A stretch of 64,000 nt of DNA from an uncultured Opitutales bacterium (GTDB lineage Bacteria; Verrucomicrobiota; Verrucomicrobiia; Opitutales; Seribacteraceae): assembly GCA_963968595.1 (NCBI GenBank), contig CAXAHJ010000004.1, positions 19,273 to 83,272 of the forward strand, written 5' to 3'. The notes beneath the pieces were generated by a model that saw only the letters and a list, made by a program, of their open reading frames with translations, did not search any database and had not been told where the DNA came from. Shown here in pieces: positions 8,862 to 17,845 of this stretch. Made by a program: the position numbers and the translations under genes. How positions within the stretch are numbered: position 1 is the stretch's first letter; each line of letters starts with the position of its first letter.

Positions 8862-10628
8862 TCAGTCTCCCTTGGGGAATAGCTTGGCCTTGGACACGAT
8901 TCCTCGTTTGGATTCACGAGTCCATGAAAGCATAAAATAGGGAAGGCTGGGGAAATCCTTGTCAAAAAAGTTCTCGTCTTTGTTGGTAATTCCCAACTCC
9001 AATTTAAACTCACTATCTTCCAGAGCCATTCCGAGGAGTGGAAAGAGAAAATTCGACAAATTTTCCAAATCTACGTAATCCCATTGCTTCACGCCCTTCG
9101 GGGCTTCCCGAATAACGGCAGCTACGAAAGGCTCCTTCCAGAGGCTTTTGCGAGATTTGTTCAAACGACTTATCACGCGCAAAATACGAGATCGATCGCC
9201 AAGATTGACCAACAACCACTTGGGAGTGACGGCATAGGAAAGGTCAATCCCAGCACCTTCTGCACCTCTCATGGATCTTACCGTAATCCCCTTGTGCACC
9301 CGATCTTGAAACAATTCGCCTCCGGGAGCAATCGAACCCAACATTGTGCGGAGAGATCGATCAAAAACTTCGGAATCTCGAAGGGACACAGCGTAAAACT
9401 CGCTCATCGGCAAGTCGTCCGGATCGTCCAACTCCTCGAGCCCCAAGGGCTTAAGGTCTGAAAAAGTAACGAGTTCTTCGCCAAAGGCACCAAGAATATC
9501 CTTGCGGACGTTTACGCCCGCCTTGGTTTCGAATGCCTGAATCTGGGTATTGACCATAAGGTGAAGAGCCGGACTAACCTTACGCAAGATTTCCTCCATA
9601 ATAGGCCAAACCGCTCCAAGGTCATAGCGGGCTACAGTGGCTGTTGCTACTCCGGAGGGCACGAAAGAAACCAGGGGAGCATCTCCATCGGGCAAACGCA
9701 TCAACTTAAGTAAACCTTCACGCTTACCCATGAAAACAGCCGAAGCGATTTCCATTCCACCCTTATCGAAGTCCATTTTAAGGCCAATGCATTCAGTACC
9801 TCCCAAGCCAAGGGCATCGATGATGCCTTTGGTCGTAACGCCGAACGGGTTTTCGGGAACTTGCATGTCTTCGGACTTTCCGACAAAATCGAGTAGGTCG
9901 CTAAGACCCCGTAAATTGAGGAAGAGTCGAACGTCACCTTCTCCGATTTCCTCAAACACCTCGCGATAATCGGGATTCTCCACGATTCCCCCGGAAGGCT
10001 CGTCTGCGAGGCTTTCAACCAAGTTCTCAATCGCAGCACGACCACCACCAAAACCGAAAACCCCATCAACAACGAAAAGCCCCATGCGCTTTTCTTCCTC
10101 TTCCGCTTTCTTGGAATCCCATAAGTAGAATACGGTCTCATCGGCAATTTCTTCCTTCTCGACAAGCATATGCCCTCCCGAATCCTTTACTTCTTTCTCA
10201 AGCCATTGCATAAGTTCGTTCAAGTCCTCGGAGGTCATTTCGGTCTCAGCTAGAAGTACAACTTCGGGCAAGCCATGCTCGCCATCATCGTCGACCTCCA
10301 ACATGTTCTCGACACCTCCAAACGCGAATGCCACTTGGCCTGAAAACTGTTCGCCAAACTCCATCATCCTCTCGAACAACTCCTTGGATGGGCCGTTCTC
10401 AGGATTCTCGGGAAAAACCTTTGGCAATTGCTCACGAAGTTGCTTTATTCCGGAATGCTCCCAAATTTTGCCGAAGGGGCCTTCCTTGAGATCCGTTTGA
10501 AGTTTGTCTAAATCGTCAACTTCCATGGTCACCCAAGCATTATCCGGCAGATATTCGGCAAGCCTGACCTTTGCAAAAAGAAGAGATGGAATGATTAAGA
10601 AAAGAAAAGAAATTGGGAATTTTTTCAT
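8862..10628 (-). CDS. large secreted protein of unknown function (possibly DUF3352-like)
   Basis: The ORF opens at 10715, but ATG 10628 gives a classical signal peptide (MKKFPISFLFLIIPSLLFA) and avoids overlap with the upstream gene. I recognise no catalytic motif. The DUF3352 resemblance is from memory only. Confidence 0.6.
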   Translation of the reverse strand: MKKFPISFLFLIIPSLLFAKVRLAEYLPDNAWVTMEVDDLDKLQTDLKEGPFGKIWEHSGIKQLREQLPKVFPENPENGPSKELFERMMEFGEQFSGQVAFAFGGVENMLEVDDDGEHGLPEVVLLAETEMTSEDLNELMQWLEKEVKDSGGHMLVEKEEIADETVFYLWDSKKAEEEEKRMGLFVVDGVFGFGGGRAAIENLVESLADEPSGGIVENPDYREVFEEIGEGDVRLFLNLRGLSDLLDFVGKSEDMQVPENPFGVTTKGIIDALGLGGTECIGLKMDFDKGGMEIASAVFMGKREGLLKLMRLPDGDAPLVSFVPSGVATATVARYDLGAVWPIMEEILRKVSPALHLMVNTQIQAFETKAGVNVRKDILGAFGEELVTFSDLKPLGLEELDDPDDLPMSEFYAVSLRDSEVFDRSLRTMLGSIAPGGELFQDRVHKGITVRSMRGAEGAGIDLSYAVTPKWLLVNLGDRSRILRVISRLNKSRKSLWKEPFVAAVIREAPKGVKQWDYVDLENLSNFLFPLLGMALEDSEFKLELGITNKDENFFDKDFPSLPYFMLSWTRESKRGIVSKAKLFPKGD

Positions 10629-10647
10629 ATTCAGAAAGTGATAAGTA

Positions 10648-11574
10648 TTAACGAGGAGGAGAATTGTAACGGAACCCTGCGTTGGGATTGCGTGGATCGA
10701 AAGCAAAAGCGTCACGGTTCTGAAGAAAAGTCTTCAAACTGCGTACGGGAATAGCGAAGCCTAGACCCTCCGCACCTGTAGACACAATTTTCAAATTGTT
10801 TACGCCGACCACTTCGCCACGGTAATTAAATAAGGGACCGCCCGAGTTGCCGGGGTTTATCTCAGCTGTAGTCTGAACGTGTAGACGCGATTGGATGATG
10901 CGGTTTCGCAGACTGACGATCCCCTCGGAAACACTTCTTTCGAGGCCTAGAGGATTACCGATTGCGAAGACGCGGTCGCCTTGACGCAGTTCCTCGGAAC
11001 GTCCAAGTGGCACGGTGGGAAACGTCTTCCCTGTAGCTCCCTCGATCTTGAGCAACGCCAAGTCGACGTTGCCCCCTGCGGCAACGATGCGAACGTTGTC
11101 GTAGTTGTCTTTGATCAGCTCGGTATCGGTATGCCGAAAGATAGTTACGGAAATTTTGCGTTCTCCGGCGATGACGTGATCGTTGGTGATCAAGTAACCT
11201 TCGGGATGAATCAAGAATCCCGATCCCAACCCAACCGGGGTACGTACCATTACGACGGACTCTCCGAGACGAGCTACCAGTTCCCTCAACGGTCGCTCTC
11301 TAGAGTTAACGGATTCATTGAAGAGAGACGCACCAAACGCGTTGGAAGCCCCCCCGACCTCACTAGGTTGCTTATCTATCGACGCGATTTCGGAACGGGG
11401 CACCGTCAATACTGTAAAACCGAGATCCAACACAAGGTGATCCGGGCTTTCCTTAAGCAACTGACCACTAACCAAGGAGCCCGACTTCAAGCTCAACTTA
11501 GTTTCATCTAAAGCAAGAAGGCAAAAGCAGGGCCAAGCCAATATTATGAAAAATGAAATAAAACGAGGATACAT
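10648..11574 (-). CDS. S1C (HtrA/DegP-type) trypsin-like serine protease without PDZ domain
   Basis: Signal/TM stretch FISFFIILAWPCFCLLA. Catalytic-triad contexts ITNDHVI (His), DLALLKI (Asp) and GNSGGPLFN (Ser). The protein ends about 60 aa after the Ser, leaving no room for a PDZ domain. Confidence 0.8.
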   Translation of the reverse strand: MYPRFISFFIILAWPCFCLLALDETKLSLKSGSLVSGQLLKESPDHLVLDLGFTVLTVPRSEIASIDKQPSEVGGASNAFGASLFNESVNSRERPLRELVARLGESVVMVRTPVGLGSGFLIHPEGYLITNDHVIAGERKISVTIFRHTDTELIKDNYDNVRIVAAGGNVDLALLKIEGATGKTFPTVPLGRSEELRQGDRVFAIGNPLGLERSVSEGIVSLRNRIIQSRLHVQTTAEINPGNSGGPLFNYRGEVVGVNNLKIVSTGAEGLGFAIPVRSLKTFLQNRDAFAFDPRNPNAGFRYNSPPR

Positions 11575-11632
11575 CCGACAATGCTAAGATGCGCTCGCCA
11601 AGAGTAGCGAGGACAAAAAGGCAAGCAATCGT

Positions 11633-12886
11633 TCAGAACTTGGGATAAAAGAAACTGACTTGAGAACAGTTCCCCATGTTCGCACCATGAAGGGCTTGTG
11701 GTTTGGCTCCGCCCCCCTCCGTATCCAAAATCATTAACCCCTTGGAACCACTTTTGGATCGCGAAGTGAAAACTATATGGCGACCGTCATTCAACCAGCA
11801 AGGTTGCATCCCATCATTGGATCCGGAAGTCAAAATTTCACTCTTTCTCACTTGACCGTCAAACAGAGCGACCTGAAACCCTCCACTCACTGCAGCGGTA
11901 AAGGCAATCTTACCAGAGTCACGAGGATTCCAAGAAGCCTCCGTGCAATGTGAGCTTAGGTTCGTGGGAATTCGAGACAAGGCACCCGTGCTCAGAGACA
12001 CTCCGTAGAGTTGCGGTTTCCCACGGGCATCGGACGTAACAATCAAGCGTTTGCCATCCGGAGACCAACATGGTCCGGACTCATTGCTTCTATTTTTGGT
12101 TACACGTTTGGGCCGGGCGGTGGGACCGGAGGCTACCCAAAGTTCGGGATTTCCCGTAACTGAAAGAATAAATGCAACTTGACCGGTTATGGGGTTTTGA
12201 GCAGCACGAAGGTTGTTGCCCTTGTATTTCGCCACAGTGGTTATTCTACCGTCAGGCAAATTCAGCAAAAACACATTATTGAAGGTGTGCCGGTTGCTGG
12301 TGAAGAAAATTCCGCTACCATCCTTGCTCCAACTGGCATTATAGGTAAGTTTCTTGAAATTCGTTTTGGCCAGAGCTGGACGAAGAAGAACATTGCCCAC
12401 ATATATTTCCTTGCTGCCGGAATGATCGGAAATAAAAGAGAATTTCCCAGAGAAAAATCCGGGGATTTTCAAGGTTTGGGAGACTCCCCCATCACAAGCG
12501 CGTAACATCGCAGCTTGTTGATCGACTCCAGAATAGGCCTGTGTAAAAACTGTCCTACGAGGCTTCCCCGATGATATGCGAAGAGATACTTGAGTCGGAC
12601 CGGTGGCCTTAAATTCAAAGGAGTGGTGACCTTGCGTGCTCGCAACCATTTTATAGCCACCATGCAACCTGAAGGCAGCACGGGCAATTTTTGCTAGTCC
12701 CGGTGCAGTGTTACCGAAATCTACAAATAATTGTTTACGAGCTAAAGCCGTTTCAATCGGAGGCAACTCAATCACGGCACCTCCGCGACCTGAGGGAGAT
12801 TGTCCCTCCACCGGGGGTACAGCACTGACAACTGCAATAATTAAACCAACTACCCAAAACAATTTACCGAAAAAACCAAATTTCAT
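11633..12886 (-). CDS. tolB: TolB-like periplasmic beta-propeller protein
   Basis: An N-terminal alpha/beta region is followed by WD40-like TolB repeats: SWSKDGSGIFFTSNR, CWSPDGKRLIVTSDARG, PCWLNDGRHIVFTS. The ORF opens at TTG 12907. ATG codons at 12898 and 12886 are available; 12886 gives the signal-like MKFGFFGKLFWVVGLIIAVVSA. Confidence 0.75.
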   Translation of the reverse strand: MKFGFFGKLFWVVGLIIAVVSAVPPVEGQSPSGRGGAVIELPPIETALARKQLFVDFGNTAPGLAKIARAAFRLHGGYKMVASTQGHHSFEFKATGPTQVSLRISSGKPRRTVFTQAYSGVDQQAAMLRACDGGVSQTLKIPGFFSGKFSFISDHSGSKEIYVGNVLLRPALAKTNFKKLTYNASWSKDGSGIFFTSNRHTFNNVFLLNLPDGRITTVAKYKGNNLRAAQNPITGQVAFILSVTGNPELWVASGPTARPKRVTKNRSNESGPCWSPDGKRLIVTSDARGKPQLYGVSLSTGALSRIPTNLSSHCTEASWNPRDSGKIAFTAAVSGGFQVALFDGQVRKSEILTSGSNDGMQPCWLNDGRHIVFTSRSKSGSKGLMILDTEGGGAKPQALHGANMGNCSQVSFFYPKF

Positions 12887-13039
12887 AACTATGCTCATTC
12901 TGTCCAAACACCCGAAGCCGCAAGATTAAAACGACTTCACTTTGAATTTTGACCGGATTGGGGGGAAAACGCTCAATTTTCATGGGCGATTTCGTTTGCT
13001 CGTGCTTGATTTACTCACATGATCTGAAGCCTTTTCAGC

Positions 13040-14128
13040 ATGGACAAAGAAACACTTTTAAGCGCATTAGAGAAAGTCAAATTCCCAGGGTTCAGTAGGG
13101 ATATCGTTTCCTTTGGTCTGGTTCGGGAGGCATCTTGTGAAAATGGAGTAGCGGCCGTCACCTTGGAATTGACCTCAAGTGATTCCACCATTCCGGCACA
13201 GCTAAAAAAGGAAGCCGAAGAAGCTCTGAGCTCCATCGATGAAGTGAGCCAAGTTCAAGTGAATGTAGTAGTCAAGAAGGACCAAGGGTCGAGTTCGAAC
13301 CAATCATCAAGCGCCAACGAGGGAGATGGAGTCTCAAACAGACCCTTGCCCGAAGTGAAATACATTGTGGCGATTGCAAGTGGCAAAGGAGGAGTGGGCA
13401 AGTCTACCGTAACAGTAAACTTGGCTTGTGCTTTCGAAAAACTTCTCCGCGAGAAAAACGAATCTTACAATGGAGTGGGTATAATGGACTGCGACGTGTA
13501 TGGTCCTTCCGTCCCCCTGTTGATCGGCGCATCCGAAAGGCCCGAAGTTATCGGCGACAACCTAATTCAGCCCGTTGAGAACTTCGGAGTGAAGGTTATC
13601 TCGATGGGGTTACTTGTCGACGAAGAGGCTCCCGTCGTGTGGCGAGGTCCCATGGTCATGAAGACTATCCAACAATTCGCGGGAAACGTTGCTTGGGGAA
13701 AACTGGACCTTATGCTGATCGACCTACCTCCGGGAACCGGCGATGCCCAACTGTCTCTTGCTCAAACTCTGCCTTTGAACGGCGCCGTCATCGTGACCAC
13801 GCCACAAAAAGCTGCCGTGGACGTGGCCCGCAGAGGGGCTCGCATGTTTGAAAAGGTAAGCGTACCTTTGCTAGGAGTGGTAGAAAACATGAGCTTTCTG
13901 CTCGACGAGGAAACGGGGACCAAAAGATATCTCTTCGGAAAAGGTGGTGGACCTGCTACGGCGGAAGCTCTGAAAACCCCATTTCTTGGGGAGATTGCCT
14001 TGGACGAAAGGATTCGGTTAGGGGGAGACAATGGTATTCCAGTTGTCGTGTCGAACGCAGATGGTCCCGCAGGAAAATCCATCCGGAACATCGCAGAAAA
14101 GCTTTGGGAAACTCTGACCGCAGACTAA
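13040..14128 (+). CDS. mrp: Mrp/ApbC/NBP35-type Fe-S cluster carrier ATPase with N-terminal DUF59 domain
   Basis: Deviant Walker A IAIASGKGGVGKSTVTVNLA. Also DCDVYGPS, LIDLPPGTGD and an N-terminal DUF59-like [17 protein letters not shown]. Confidence 0.9.
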   Translation: MDKETLLSALEKVKFPGFSRDIVSFGLVREASCENGVAAVTLELTSSDSTIPAQLKKEAEEALSSIDEVSQVQVNVVVKKDQGSSSNQSSSANEGDGVSNRPLPEVKYIVAIASGKGGVGKSTVTVNLACAFEKLLREKNESYNGVGIMDCDVYGPSVPLLIGASERPEVIGDNLIQPVENFGVKVISMGLLVDEEAPVVWRGPMVMKTIQQFAGNVAWGKLDLMLIDLPPGTGDAQLSLAQTLPLNGAVIVTTPQKAAVDVARRGARMFEKVSVPLLGVVENMSFLLDEETGTKRYLFGKGGGPATAEALKTPFLGEIALDERIRLGGDNGIPVVVSNADGPAGKSIRNIAEKLWETLTAD

Positions 14129-14214
14129 GCAAACGACCAGTCGAAAGGCGACGAAAGGGGCTTACTCTCTGTGAATTCTCGGCAAAAACACGCCGGAACC
14201 CGGAAATAAGAATT

Positions 14215-14385
14215 TTAGCTTTTAATTTCCTTATGCAAAGTATGCCTGCGCAGATGGCGATTATACTTTTTCTTCTCAATGGGCTCCTGCTGGAGCTTCT
14301 TATTGCGAGAAGAAACATATCGTGAAGGAGGCTTGCCCTCTTTGCGTGCCTCGGTGCATTCAAGTATAACGGTATCTCTAGCCAT
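14215..14385 (-). CDS. rpmG: 50S ribosomal protein L33 (non-zinc C-minus form)
   Basis: Own translation: [56 protein letters not shown] (56 aa, too short for the ORF track). It aligns with L33 consensus features (I.L.CTE...Y.S.KNK...P...E.KKY....R.HTLH.E.K). Only one Cys is present. Confidence 0.85.
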   Translation of the reverse strand: MARDTVILECTEARKEGKPPSRYVSSRNKKLQQEPIEKKKYNRHLRRHTLHKEIKS

Positions 14386-14502
14386 GATTTGAGATAAGTT
14401 AGATCAACTTGATACTCACGGCAATGCAAAAGACGCAAAAGCTTAGTAGTTGCAAACCGACACATCCTCGCATACATTAAATAAACTAACCTTTTTAGAA
14501 AT

Positions 14503-15054
14503 ATGGAGATGAACCCCTCTAATTCAGCAGATGTCTTGACCGCAGCCGAAACGGCTAGGCGTGACATGCAGCTTCGTCGTGACGATCAACCCGAAAACGA
14601 AGTGCCTGAAAACGCCATAGACAGCTCAATAAAAGTCACTCAAGTACCCAAACCGATTGAACTGACAGGTGAACTGGCTTCCCAGCTTGGCGACAACCCC
14701 AACCCGGGCATACCGCTCGAAACCGTCGACAACATTGAGCAGTCGGGCTTGGATTCGACTAGAAACCCCGATTGGGAAACACTCGAGAAAAGCCAGCTTC
14801 CTCCCGAACCCGATTCCGGCGAGCTCCACAAAGACGAATACTGGGAAGAACGAAGCGAAGATCGAGAACTTCAAGACAAGGATTTACAGGAAGAAGCCAT
14901 CCGCGAGGACAGCGAAAGTTTCGATCAATCCGCCCAAATCGCCGAAGATTTCAGCCGAGCCAATTCCAACGAAGTGCTCGACCCTTATTATCGCAGTGGT
15001 TCGCACCCATCTAGCCCCCCCTCAGCGGGATCCAGTTTGGACTCCTTTGCCTAG
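14503..15054 (+). CDS. highly acidic, low-complexity hypothetical protein
   Basis: 183-aa ORF with ATG at 14503 and a stop 6 nt before the DUF971 gene start. It is rich in D/E/S/P/Q with no recognisable domain. A competing very basic alternative frame (14669-15184) exists. Confidence 0.45.
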   Translation: MEMNPSNSADVLTAAETARRDMQLRRDDQPENEVPENAIDSSIKVTQVPKPIELTGELASQLGDNPNPGIPLETVDNIEQSGLDSTRNPDWETLEKSQLPPEPDSGELHKDEYWEERSEDRELQDKDLQEEAIREDSESFDQSAQIAEDFSRANSNEVLDPYYRSGSHPSSPPSAGSSLDSFA

Positions 15055-15059
15055 AGATC

Positions 15060-15380
15060 ATGGCCGTGCAACCGCCTCCCAGACGGATCGAATTGATTGG
15101 GAACGAGCTAGCCCTAGCATGGCCAGACGGCCGAGAGGATTTTTTACCGGCTCCCTTTCTTCGTACAAATTCTCCAAGTGCTGAAAATAAGGGAGAACCC
15201 GACTTGTTCGGCAGAATAAGTGGAGGCACAACACCAAAAAATCCTGCAAGCGTTAGCCTTAAAGGTTTCGACTATGTCGGCAACTACGCCGCTAGATTGG
15301 TTTTTTCAGATGGTCACGACTCAGGTATTTTCTCTTGGGAATACTTGAGAGAGATTGCCGAAGAATTTAAAAAGCTTTAA
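15060..15380 (+). CDS. DUF971 domain protein
   Basis: LALAWPDGREDFLPAPFLRTNSPSAE ... GNYAARLVFSDGHDSGIFSWEYLREI matches the DUF971 pattern (l.i.w.DG......a..LR..CpCa.C ... GnYal.i.wsDGH.tGiy.w..L). Confidence 0.75.
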   Translation: MAVQPPPRRIELIGNELALAWPDGREDFLPAPFLRTNSPSAENKGEPDLFGRISGGTTPKNPASVSLKGFDYVGNYAARLVFSDGHDSGIFSWEYLREIAEEFKKL

Positions 15381-15387
15381 ATAGCGA

Positions 15388-16164
15388 TCAGGCCAATCCG
15401 CGATCGCTCTGACGGGCGAAGCTGATGATTTCACCGGCGATGCTGCTATTCGCCAAATTTCCGTTTTCCAGCTCGGCAAGAGCTTGCTGACGATTCAATT
15501 CGCTCCGATAAAGAGCCTTGTATGTAGCACGTGCAGCCTCGATCTCTTCACTGGAAAACCCCGTACGCTCCATGCCCACTTTGTTGATCGATCGAACCTC
15601 GGCGGGGGCGCCATCGGCTAACATAAATGGCGGTACATCTTGAACCAGCTTGGCGCAAGCGGCCACCATGCTTTGACGACCCAGTCGACAAAATTGGTGA
15701 ACGCCCGCATTCCAGCCGATATTCACGTGATCCCCCACCACCACGTGACCACCAAGAGCCGAATGGCTGCTCATGACCAAGTGATCGCCGACTATGCAGT
15801 CATGGGCCACATGACTATAAGCGAGGAAAACGTTGTCCGAGCCAATCTCCGTAGCATCCTCGGGGTTTGTAGCTACGTGGGCGGTGACGTATTCACGAAA
15901 CACGTTTCGATCTCCCACCCTAAGCTTGGGCTGACCGCCCTGATACTTGAGGTCGTGCGTCATACCTCCGACGAGTGCGTAAGGATGAATATCGTTCTCT
16001 TTACCGAGAACGACGTCCCCCTCCACTGTAGCATGGTGACGAACCCGGCAACCATCTCCTATGGAAGCGTTGGAACCGATGTAGCAGAACGCTTCAATCA
16101 CGACGTTCTCTCCCAATTCGGCACCCTTTTCTACGATTGCCTGTGAATGTATTTGAGTAGCCAC
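15388..16164 (-). CDS. lpxA: acyl-ACP--UDP-N-acetylglucosamine O-acyltransferase
   Basis: Left-handed beta-helix hexapeptide repeats (IHSQAIVEKGAELGENVVIEAFCYIGSNASIGDGCRV...) plus a helical C-terminal domain. GTG start at 16164. It lies directly downstream of lpxC/fabZ. Confidence 0.9.
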   Translation of the reverse strand: MATQIHSQAIVEKGAELGENVVIEAFCYIGSNASIGDGCRVRHHATVEGDVVLGKENDIHPYALVGGMTHDLKYQGGQPKLRVGDRNVFREYVTAHVATNPEDATEIGSDNVFLAYSHVAHDCIVGDHLVMSSHSALGGHVVVGDHVNIGWNAGVHQFCRLGRQSMVAACAKLVQDVPPFMLADGAPAEVRSINKVGMERTGFSSEEIEAARATYKALYRSELNRQQALAELENGNLANSSIAGEIISFARQSDRGLA

Positions 16165-16182
16165 TTCAGAAACGGGAAAAGG

Positions 16183-17529
16183 TCAAGAAGCCTCACTGGC
16201 ATCGGCAAGAGCAAACATAAGTTGGGCGGAGGACACGACTTTACCATTAACCCGACACTCGGCGGAAGCGGTGGCAAGTTTGTCACCTCGCACCTTCTCA
16301 AGTTTGGCACTGATTTCAAGCTGATCCCCAGGCACTACGGGACGGCGAAACTTCACCTTGTCGGCGCTCATAAAGAAAGCCACCTTTCCTTCCGCTGATC
16401 CGCGACGCAGGAGCAACAACCCGGCAGCTTGGGCCATGGCTTCCAATTGAAGTACCCCGGGCATTACCGGCTGCCCTGGGAAATGTCCCGGAAAAAAGGG
16501 TTCGTTGATGCTGACGTTCTTTATAGCAACCAAGCTTTCCTCGCCATCAATGGAGACCACTTTGTCGATCATCACGAAGGGAAAACGATGGGGCAGCACA
16601 TCAAGCACTCGACGTATGTCGAGTGCCGTCTCATGAGCCTCCACATGAGCCTTCCCTTTCTGTTTCCCCGCCGCCCCCGCCTTCTTTTTTCCGGCACCTG
16701 CCATACGCTCGGCTAGCTTGGCGGTAATCTCAGAATTGAGAGCATGACCGGGGCGGACACAGACTAGATGGGCTTTTAATGACTTCCCAAGAAGAGTCAC
16801 GTCGCCAATTACATCGAGAATCTTGTGTCGCACGAACTCGTCTTCGAAGCGGAGAGGTTCCTTGGACAGAATTTTGTCACCCTTGATGACAATCGCGCTA
16901 TCCAAGCTACCGCCCTGTATCTTTCCTAATTTCAAGAGTTCCTCGATATCCTCGAAAATAGTGAAAGTGCGGGCAGGAGCAAGTTGAGCGACATAGGTCT
17001 CAGGATCAATGTCGATGGATAAATGTTGAACGTGTATGCCACGATCGTCGGCGGAAGTGCAGGTAATGCGAAACCCATCGTAAGGTAGCGCGATAATGGA
17101 ACGATTCCCTGATGTAACGGAGATGGGTTCGTCCAAGACGAAATATTCCCGATCGGCGTCTTGCTCGACCGGTTCGGCCTCTTGCACCAAGTTTACGAAG
17201 GGTCGGGCGGAACCGTCCATAATCGGAGGTTCGCTGGCGTCCAATTCCACCACCGCATTATCCACCCCACAACCGGCAAGGGCACTCATGACATGCTCGA
17301 TGGTATGCACCTTGGCATTGCCCTCGCTAATGGTTGTGCTCCGCACAAATTCAGTCGCGTTTTCAGATTTTGGCCGAATTTCGGGTTTTCCGAAAAGGTC
17401 CACCCTACGAAAGACGATACCAGCGTTTACGTCAGCAGGCTTTAGGGTGAGCGTTACCGCTTCGCCCGTATGGAGAGATTTCCCCTTAAGACTGCGTTCT
17501 CTTAGAATTGACCTTTGCTTAGTCCCCAT
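16183..17529 (-). CDS. lpxC: bifunctional UDP-3-O-acyl-GlcNAc deacetylase / 3-hydroxyacyl-ACP dehydratase (LpxC-FabZ fusion)
   Basis: The N-terminal half carries LpxC motifs ([51 protein letters not shown]). A Lys/Gly/Ala linker follows ([19 protein letters not shown]). The C-terminal half carries FabZ motifs ([36 protein letters not shown]). Confidence 0.9.
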   Translation of the reverse strand: MGTKQRSILRERSLKGKSLHTGEAVTLTLKPADVNAGIVFRRVDLFGKPEIRPKSENATEFVRSTTISEGNAKVHTIEHVMSALAGCGVDNAVVELDASEPPIMDGSARPFVNLVQEAEPVEQDADREYFVLDEPISVTSGNRSIIALPYDGFRITCTSADDRGIHVQHLSIDIDPETYVAQLAPARTFTIFEDIEELLKLGKIQGGSLDSAIVIKGDKILSKEPLRFEDEFVRHKILDVIGDVTLLGKSLKAHLVCVRPGHALNSEITAKLAERMAGAGKKKAGAAGKQKGKAHVEAHETALDIRRVLDVLPHRFPFVMIDKVVSIDGEESLVAIKNVSINEPFFPGHFPGQPVMPGVLQLEAMAQAAGLLLLRRGSAEGKVAFFMSADKVKFRRPVVPGDQLEISAKLEKVRGDKLATASAECRVNGKVVSSAQLMFALADASEAS

Positions 17530-17646
17530 ACACGGGGAATGATGTTACCCGAAGGTTGTTAGACTGTAAAGCCGTAAGCTTGATGAGGTTTCTACCTCAA
17601 GGCTTGCAAAACGAGTAGGTGGTCAGTAAATACAAGATTTAGGGAA

Positions 17647-17817
17647 ATGGCCATTATCAGTAAAACTAAGCGAAAGTACTTCAAGCGAATGTACTACCGA
17701 AAGATGGAGACACTCCTTCGGTCAAATTCATACAAGAAAACGATTGGTCGTTTCATAATAGCGATTTGCTTTGTCGTCTCGGGAATTCTTGCCGGACTAC
17801 TTTATCTCGGAAGGTAA
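17647..17817 (+). CDS. possible small tail-anchored membrane protein (56 aa)
   Basis: Own translation: MAIISKTKRKYFKRMYYRKMETLLRSNSYKKTIGRFIIAICFVVSGILAGLLYLGR. It has a basic N-terminus and one C-terminal hydrophobic helix. It fills an otherwise empty 316-nt gap. No homology support. Confidence 0.3.
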   Translation: MAIISKTKRKYFKRMYYRKMETLLRSNSYKKTIGRFIIAICFVVSGILAGLLYLGR

Positions 17818-17845
17818 TTCCTAAGTGAACCGAGAGGTTCTAGTT

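Noticed and set aside
13956-14567. 203-aa minus-strand ORF spanning the mrp 3' end and the intergenic region
   Set aside because: It overlaps mrp antisense. The real gene in the gap is the 56-codon rpmG, which lies in a different frame.
14669-15184. 171-aa very basic ORF overlapping the acidic ORF and the DUF971 start
   Set aside because: It runs across the well-supported DUF971 start and has a P/R/S/T-rich off-frame-like composition. I keep the acidic frame only tentatively.
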